From: Candidatus Bathyarchaeia archaeon | Lineage (GTDB): Archaea > Thermoproteota > Bathyarchaeia > Bathyarchaeales > Bathycorpusculaceae | Length of the DNA stretch: 64,000 bases | Reading direction: 5' to 3' | Assembly (NCBI GenBank): GCA_050012755.1 | Contig: JBEKGO010000001.1 | Coordinates: 63,545-127,544 of the forward strand | Shown here: positions 58,449-64,000 of the stretch, one piece after another | Layout of the letters: each line of letters begins with the position of its first letter | Numbering within the stretch: position 1 is the first letter of the stretch | Notes under the pieces: model-generated | Databases searched by the model: none | What the model was told of the DNA's origin: nothing | The model's input: the letters and a program-made list of their open reading frames with translations, nothing else | Translations under genes and position numbers: made by a program

Positions 58449-59476
58449 TTTGCTCTTTTTCCTTCATTTTTGAACTTGCTAAAATCTTTGCTGTAATACA
58501 CTTTGTTCTCACAGATTATGGCGGACACATATTTAAGTGGCGTAATGTCAAAAGCAGGGTTCATAACATTGACCCCATCTGGAGCAATTTGCACCGAGCC
58601 GATGTGTGTGACTTCTTCAGGTTTGCGCTCCTCAATAATAACGTCCGATGCCTTGTGCTGCAGATCGAAGGTGGATTTTGGTGCTGCAACATAGAAAGGT
58701 ATGCCATGTTCATGTGCCAGCACTGCCACAGAGTATGTGCCAATTTTGTTAACCACTCCATCTTGGACGATGCGGTCAGAGCCCACAATAACCTTGTCCA
58801 CAAGCCGTTTGCTCATGACGTAGCCGGCCATGTTATCTGTTATTAAGGTAACAGGGATGCCGTCGCGTTTTAGCTCGTATACTGTGAGTCGAGCTCCTTG
58901 CAAAAGCGGGCGGGTTTCGTCGGCAATTACTTTGATTTTTTTGCCCTGTTTCCAAGCCGCACGGACCACGCCCAAAGCTGTTCCATACTCCACAGTTGCA
59001 AGTTCGCCTGCGTTGCAATGGGTCAAAATAGTGTCGCCATCATCAATGAGTACTGAGCCGTTTTTGCCGATTGCATGGTTCTGCGCTGCGTCTTCATCCG
59101 CAATTTTCTGAGCTTCCTCGATGACGACTGCTTTAAGCCCTTCAATGGCTCCTGTGTATGATCGGGCTTTGTTTAATACTCTGTCTACTCCCCAAAACAG
59201 GTTCACGGCTGTGGGTCTTTGCCGTTTGATAATTGAGCCTGCATCTTCCAGCTCTGATAATAGTTTTTCTTTTGTTTTTGCTCTTGAATGGTAAGCGGCT
59301 AATGCAACGCCAAAGCCAGCGGCTGCACCTAGTAATGGAGCACCTCTAACGCGGAGGGTTTTTATGGCTTCAGCCATCTGCTCAACCGTTTTAATTTCCA
59401 AAGTTACTTCTTGCAGAGGAAGTTTGGTTTGGTCAGGTGTAATGACGGCTCCGTTTTGCCACTTTATCATCCGCAT
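58445..59476 (-). CDS. mtnA: S-methyl-5-thioribose-1-phosphate isomerase / aIF-2B family
   Basis: DQTKLP, VRGAP, RPTAVNL, THCNAG, DETRPLLQGARLT, NKIGT, NPAFDITP. Confidence 0.9.
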   Translation of the reverse strand: MRMIKWQNGAVITPDQTKLPLQEVTLEIKTVEQMAEAIKTLRVRGAPLLGAAAGFGVALAAYHSRAKTKEKLLSELEDAGSIIKRQRPTAVNLFWGVDRVLNKARSYTGAIEGLKAVVIEEAQKIADEDAAQNHAIGKNGSVLIDDGDTILTHCNAGELATVEYGTALGVVRAAWKQGKKIKVIADETRPLLQGARLTVYELKRDGIPVTLITDNMAGYVMSKRLVDKVIVGSDRIVQDGVVNKIGTYSVAVLAHEHGIPFYVAAPKSTFDLQHKASDVIIEERKPEEVTHIGSVQIAPDGVNVMNPAFDITPLKYVSAIICENKVYYSKDFSKFKNEGKRAK

Positions 59477-59580
59477 TTTGCATTTTCCCCAAACGTCTTG
59501 TTATTATGCCTAGTTTGTGTTGGTTCTGTTTAATATTTCGGCAATTTTATGAAAACTTCATGTTCGGAATATTCATTCAT

Positions 59581-59740
59581 GTTTTTCTGCGATTTTTTGT
59601 TCTTTGTGTTTTGGGTTGCTTTTTTGGTTTAAAGCTCAAATCTTTTGCACGTTGCGTCTTTATTCGTCACTACGCGTCACTATACGTCACTAACCGTCAT
59701 CAGACGTCATAAATCGTCACAGAACGTCACTGTTCGTCAA
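59581..59740 (+). repeat. Dispersed leader + nine-unit 10-bp phased CGTC(A) array
   Basis: Leader core 59601-59640; CGTC at 59655, 59665, 59675, 59685, 59695, 59705, 59715, 59725, 59735. Confidence 0.92.
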
Positions 59741-59748
59741 GGGTGCAA

Positions 59749-59810
59749 CTTTTTTTGTGTTCTAGTTAGCTCTTTTGTTTTGGGCTTAAAATGCTGTAGG
59801 CTACGTATGC
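59749..59810 (+). repeat. Degenerate tandem copy of the leader
   Basis: TTTGTGTTCTAGTTAGCTCTTTTGTTTTGGGCTTAAAATGCTGTAGG aligns with the leader consensus. Confidence 0.55.
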
Positions 59811-59956
59811 AGAAGTAACCAAAGTTCCAGCATGTACAACTGCGGAAACCTACGATACAAAAGGTTCTCGACACCTTAAACAAATTACGGTGCTTTCCAA
59901 TCTGCCAAAGCTAAAGCCTATATAACTTAATTAGATAAAATGAGAAGGGAAGCGAT

Positions 59957-60226
59957 ATGGAGATTTTACTTGACGAAATGTACGCTGGCCTAAAAGAATA
60001 TCTTGAAACCTTAGGCTACAATGTGCTGACAGCTCAGGAAGCAAGTTTGAAAAGCGCCAAAGACCGAGACATAGTCGAACACGCTGGCAAACACAATTTG
60101 ATTCTTGTTACTCAAGACCAAAAGCCCGCCGAACTTGCTGAACTTTTGGGCGTTAGGTGCGTCTTTATTACTAATTTGATGATTGCCAAATTGGTAGACG
60201 AAAAAATTAAACAGCTCTTTAAATGA
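59957..60226 (+). CDS. DUF5615/Mut7-C-like small PIN-domain protein
   Basis: ILLDEM..L..YL..LGY, DRDIV, ILVTQD. Confidence 0.8.
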   Translation: MEILLDEMYAGLKEYLETLGYNVLTAQEASLKSAKDRDIVEHAGKHNLILVTQDQKPAELAELLGVRCVFITNLMIAKLVDEKIKQLFK

Positions 60227-60764
60227 GAATATTGCGAAGATATTTGTTCCATAAGTAAGAAGCAGCGTAGCCAGCCACGATGCCGCTAGCTGGACCCATG
60301 AACAAAACGAGGGCGTCAAGCATTGTGCTTCTTTGAATGAATAATCCGGCGCCCTTCGCAAAAGGAATAAACTGTGGAAACAGCGCAAAAGCCGAGTAAC
60401 TTAACACTCCAATTAACATCGTGCTTACAGCCATTGCAGCAATCATTCTGTTGCGGTTTACGCCTTCGCGTGAAGCGTTGATTTTGAAAACGAACAAGAA
60501 TACATCGACAAAGACTCCAAACATAAGGGTGAAGAGGAATGTGAAGGGACCCAAAGCTGGATTTCCAAGAGCAGTTAAGAGACCCCCAACTGCACCCACA
60601 GAGGTTGCGCCTACTTTTCTTATAAATAATCCGCTTAGGGCGAGAAGAACTGCTTCCACAACGATTAAGATGTAATTCAGTGGGGGAGGAAGAAATACGT
60701 TGACTACGAAAATGATTGAGCCGAAGAGCGCGGTTATGAATAATTGACTGAGCTTCTGCGTCAT
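60219..60764 (-). CDS. Integral membrane protein (ECF S-component-like)
   Basis: About six TM helices; likely start ATG 60764 after AAGGGGGA. Confidence 0.6.
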   Translation of the reverse strand: MTQKLSQLFITALFGSIIFVVNVFLPPPLNYILIVVEAVLLALSGLFIRKVGATSVGAVGGLLTALGNPALGPFTFLFTLMFGVFVDVFLFVFKINASREGVNRNRMIAAMAVSTMLIGVLSYSAFALFPQFIPFAKGAGLFIQRSTMLDALVLFMGPASGIVAGYAASYLWNKYLRNILI

Positions 60765-60946
60765 AGTTCCCCCTTTGGTATAGGACTTAACTTGCTGTCT
60801 AAAAAGTCTAATGTACAAGTGTTCAAAGTTACTGAGCTAGTCTTTCTGATCAACAATTGTTTCTTGTTTGTTTTAATCAGAAAGCTATAAATTGGCAACC
60901 TACAATAACAAGTAAATATACATAACTGTGAATTGAAGGGATAAGT

Positions 60947-61696
60947 TTGAGCACTCATGCAGAAGATTTGAAACTTCGTTTAATGACAATCGAACTGCTA
61001 AGAACAGCAAAGTATAAACGAAATATTACTTATCGTGAATTAGCGTCCAAAACAGGATTACCAGTCACCGTTCTAAGCCGATACGCCAAAGGTCACGTGC
61101 TACCAAACACGACACGAGCCAAACAACTCTGGCGAGTCCTCACCAAAATGGTTGGCTTAGAAGCAGAACTGCGTAACCGAATAAAATTCGACGACAGCGG
61201 CTACTTTGACAACACAGAAATCGTCGGTGACTACAACATTTTACAGCAAGCAGCAAACCACGCACTTGCAAATTTTGCAGGCAAAAGAGTGACCAAAGTT
61301 TTAACCGCAGCCGTAGATGGAATTCCATTAGCCACCATGGTCGCCAATGCGTTAGGAGTTAACCTTATTGTTGCAAAGCGCAACAAAGAAGTCGGAGTCA
61401 AAGCTTTCCTCGATGAAACATTTGTTTTAGGAAGAGATTCGGGCGTGACCGTAACACTATACATTCCAAAAGAAGCTATCAAAAAACGAGACAGTGTCCT
61501 AATTGTGGATGATATGATTAAAAGTGGCGAAACCCAAGAAGCACTCGTGACTCTCGTAAAGAAGTCGAAGGCTGAAGTTTCAGGTATCTTCTCCCTAATC
61601 GCGGTAGGGGAAGAATGGAAAAAGCGGCTAAAATCAGGCGAAGACTCACCGGTTGAAGTCGTAACTGCTCTGAAATCACCCTTAGACGCGTCCTAA
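60947..61696 (+). CDS. HTH + phosphoribosyltransferase protein (PurR-like regulator)
   Basis: TYRELASKTGLPVTVLSRYAKGHVLP HTH; VLIVDDMIKSGETQ PRPP loop. Confidence 0.85.
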   Translation: MSTHAEDLKLRLMTIELLRTAKYKRNITYRELASKTGLPVTVLSRYAKGHVLPNTTRAKQLWRVLTKMVGLEAELRNRIKFDDSGYFDNTEIVGDYNILQQAANHALANFAGKRVTKVLTAAVDGIPLATMVANALGVNLIVAKRNKEVGVKAFLDETFVLGRDSGVTVTLYIPKEAIKKRDSVLIVDDMIKSGETQEALVTLVKKSKAEVSGIFSLIAVGEEWKKRLKSGEDSPVEVVTALKSPLDAS

Positions 61697-61757
61697 GATT
61701 GAGCCTAAGCAAACATTTTTCTTTCAATTTCCAATTCAATTAATTGAAGGTAAAGAG

Positions 61758-62153
61758 ATGAAGATAGGTCACATAACACTTCTTGTCAAGAATTTTGATG
61801 AGGCACTAAATTTTTATGTTGAAGAAATGGGGTTCCAAAAATGCCGAGACGACAAGTTTGGGAAAGATATGCGTTGGGTTACTGTTTCGCCAAAAGACCA
61901 GCCAGATTTGGAATTAACTTTTGTCTTAGCCGATACAGCGGAAAAACTTAAGGCGTTGGGAAAACAGGCGGGTGACCACGTGTTTATGACTCTGCAAACA
62001 GATGATTGCAAAAGGGATTACCAAGCAATGAAAGAAAAAGGAGTCAAATTCTATGGAAGACCAACCCAGCAAATGTGGGGCATAGAAGTAGTCTTTGAAG
62101 ACCTCTACGGCAACCTCTATGACTTAATTCAGAGATCAAAGCCGCCCAATTAA
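61758..62153 (+). CDS. VOC/glyoxalase family protein
   Basis: IGHITLLV..FDEALNFY, RWVTV, FEDLYGNLYDL. Confidence 0.9.
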   Translation: MKIGHITLLVKNFDEALNFYVEEMGFQKCRDDKFGKDMRWVTVSPKDQPDLELTFVLADTAEKLKALGKQAGDHVFMTLQTDDCKRDYQAMKEKGVKFYGRPTQQMWGIEVVFEDLYGNLYDLIQRSKPPN

Positions 62154-62230
62154 AAAGCAACTCAAATAACACTGTTCAAAAATAGTTGGTTAAGTATGGT
62201 TATTTCTGCGGGACAAATAAAAGAAACACT

Positions 62231-62866
62231 TTAGTCTATGAGCAGCAGTGCGAATGATTCAGGAGTTTTTGCAAAGGGAAAAGTCACTTCGATGCCAGCG
62301 TTGGTGGCAGTTTTGTTCACGTTTACTCCAACTGCGTCCTCAGACCACCGAGCCAAATTAGGATGCGCGCAAATCTTTGTTTCGATATTGCATTTTTCGC
62401 AGAGTTGACAATGACCTGAAACAAAAGCTATAGCTAAGCTGTAGCCCTTGTTCATTGCTGCCTTCTCCAAATCAACGACAGACTGAAGCATTTTACGTTT
62501 GTCATCTTCCCAGTCTGCCCAAAACTTTGTCACTCTCTCCTTAATTTCTTTGGGAACAGTAGGATCAGATTCAGCCACCATAGGCTTCTCCAACACTTCA
62601 GGCTCAGCTTCCGCAGAAGATTTGAACTTCATGAACATGGCATAGCTGTATTCGTTAACTATTTTTCTAAATTCTTCCGCTGATGGTGTGTATGGTGGGC
62701 ACGCTAATGTTTTTCCGTAGTGGTTGCAGCCAACCTTGCATTTGAGAACCACTCGGTCTTCAACAACTACTTTGCTTGTTGGAATAATTTTTGCCTCTGC
62801 AGTTCCTTTCTCCAAGGCTAACTTGGTCAGAAACTGAAATTTCTCTGTGCCTGCATGAAATGACAT
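62231..62866 (-). CDS. DUF2284-like Cys-rich metal-binding protein
   Basis: KCKVGC..YG...ACPP, LEKAA, GHCQLCEKC, CAHP..AR.SEDAVG. Confidence 0.8.
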   Translation of the reverse strand: MSFHAGTEKFQFLTKLALEKGTAEAKIIPTSKVVVEDRVVLKCKVGCNHYGKTLACPPYTPSAEEFRKIVNEYSYAMFMKFKSSAEAEPEVLEKPMVAESDPTVPKEIKERVTKFWADWEDDKRKMLQSVVDLEKAAMNKGYSLAIAFVSGHCQLCEKCNIETKICAHPNLARWSEDAVGVNVNKTATNAGIEVTFPFAKTPESFALLLID

Positions 62867-63056
62867 TAATTTTCACTCATCTCTTGCGTGAGCGTTTTCT
62901 TTTGATATAAACTTTTATGAAATTTTTTGATGAATTCTTGTTAACTCTGTACGGCAGTAAAGCGGTTAATGGACAGTTGATATTTTCGCATTCTAGCAAG
63001 CACAAGGATAATATAGAGAATCGGTAAATCATGTTTCAACTGAAGGTGCGGTTGTT

Positions 63057-64000
63057 ATCAAAAGCAAAATCAGCAGCATCGGATACGTCAACAAAATCCA
63101 AGAAAATATTTTGAGCATTAAACGAAGAGAGTTGTCTCCATTATATGAAGACCTTAAAGCTGCTGACTGTGTAATCTGCGGAGGATCAGGCAGATCACTC
63201 TACTCTTTAAACGCTGCCTTAAGCCAGATTGCGTTGAGCCAAGCTGGTTGGCGAAACAAGGTGGTTTTGACTCCTGACGATCCAGGTTTTCCAGGTAAAA
63301 GCATGTATGATGCAGCTGCTGATTTGAGCAGGCGTTACAAGAAAACTTTACTTTTGATAAACTCTGGCAGCGGATATTCTGATGACCCCTTAGTTATGGC
63401 TCAAGATTTAGCTAAATACATTGAGGAAAAGAAATCAAACAAGTTTTCCATGGGTCTTTTCACATCTGCTTTGGCGTCGCCTTTAGGAGAAATATGCAAC
63501 AAATATGGCAACGTAGTTGAGCTCAAAGGACGCGGCAAATCAAAACCAGGTACCGAATACAGCGAAACAGGTATGATGGGCGACATCTTCGAGTTAGGTA
63601 CCCTTGAACTCTTGAATAGCATGATTGAATCCATTTTCCGAAATCTTGAAGTTGACGATGTCTTTCGCCTTTGTGTTGAAGAATTCGAGAAAATCGGTGA
63701 AATGATAGATTCAAACGTTAATTCTGAAACATACACGGCGCTTGTAGATATCCTTGAAAAACGGACAAACGTGTTTCTAGGCGGAAAAGGTACTGCCAAC
63801 GAAATCGCCAAAATGACAGGCGTAAGACTTTTCCACATTAAAAGTTTCCTAGGCGACAACGTCTACATAACAAGAGGCGTTAACACCCCACATCCGAGAG
63901 CAGGCGATCTTGAAATTCTCCTGTCATATTCAGGTGAAACAAGACCCGTCATCATCTGGGCAGACGTAATCAAGAAATTCGCTGGAACCGTTTTTGCTAT
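63057..64000 (+). CDS. SIS-domain sugar-phosphate isomerase-like protein (6-phospho-3-hexuloisomerase-like, tandem SIS), partial
   Basis: Open frame with CGGSGRSLYS, INSGSG, MMGDIFELG, FLGGKG, LSYSGET; runs off the window; start uncertain (ATC 63057 or TTG 63111). Confidence 0.75.
   Translation, partial: MKSKISSIGYVNKIQENILSIKRRELSPLYEDLKAADCVICGGSGRSLYSLNAALSQIALSQAGWRNKVVLTPDDPGFPGKSMYDAAADLSRRYKKTLLLINSGSGYSDDPLVMAQDLAKYIEEKKSNKFSMGLFTSALASPLGEICNKYGNVVELKGRGKSKPGTEYSETGMMGDIFELGTLELLNSMIESIFRNLEVDDVFRLCVEEFEKIGEMIDSNVNSETYTALVDILEKRTNVFLGGKGTANEIAKMTGVRLFHIKSFLGDNVYITRGVNTPHPRAGDLEILLSYSGETRPVIIWADVIKKFAGTVFA

Noticed and set aside
59655-59740. CRISPR array or ordinary VNTR
   Set aside because: The period is only 10 bp with a 4-5 nt constant core; no 25-40 nt repeats/spacers and no cas genes. 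Reported instead as a phased array.

Overview
Archaeal chromosomal window, most likely Bathyarchaeia or another TACK lineage. This is inferred from the Nop5/fibrillarin/RNase HII cluster, archaeal EF-2, NreA, an intron-containing tRNA, a non-catalytic EndA subunit, a large PQQ-like surface protein ending TM-RKR, and paralogous orphan PAS/GAF histidine kinases. Most of the window is housekeeping and metabolism: galT, a glycogen debranching enzyme, tpiA, two glutamine synthetases, hisS, EF-2, two P-type ATPases, mtnA and flavoproteins. Accessory DNA comprises an AT-rich run of small ORFs at 1-1.5 kb and a putative ~5.9 kb integrated element (37.7-43.6 kb). That element is bounded by imperfect 28-bp direct repeats and carries a tyrosine integrase with an A9 frameshift and an ABC-ATPase + PD-(D/E)xK nuclease pair (candidate defence system). 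The most striking unexplained signal is a dispersed non-coding element with three clear copies (11.2, 54.0 and 59.6 kb) plus degenerate ones. It consists of a conserved ~40-65 bp T-rich leader followed, in fixed register, by a variable-length array of RTC-containing motifs at an exact 10-bp period. Also notable: a tRNA-Asp with a strict BHB intron at position 48/49 and C55, unannotated Cys-rich micro-ORFs, and several clear operator arrays. All calls come from reading the sequence; no database searches were run.
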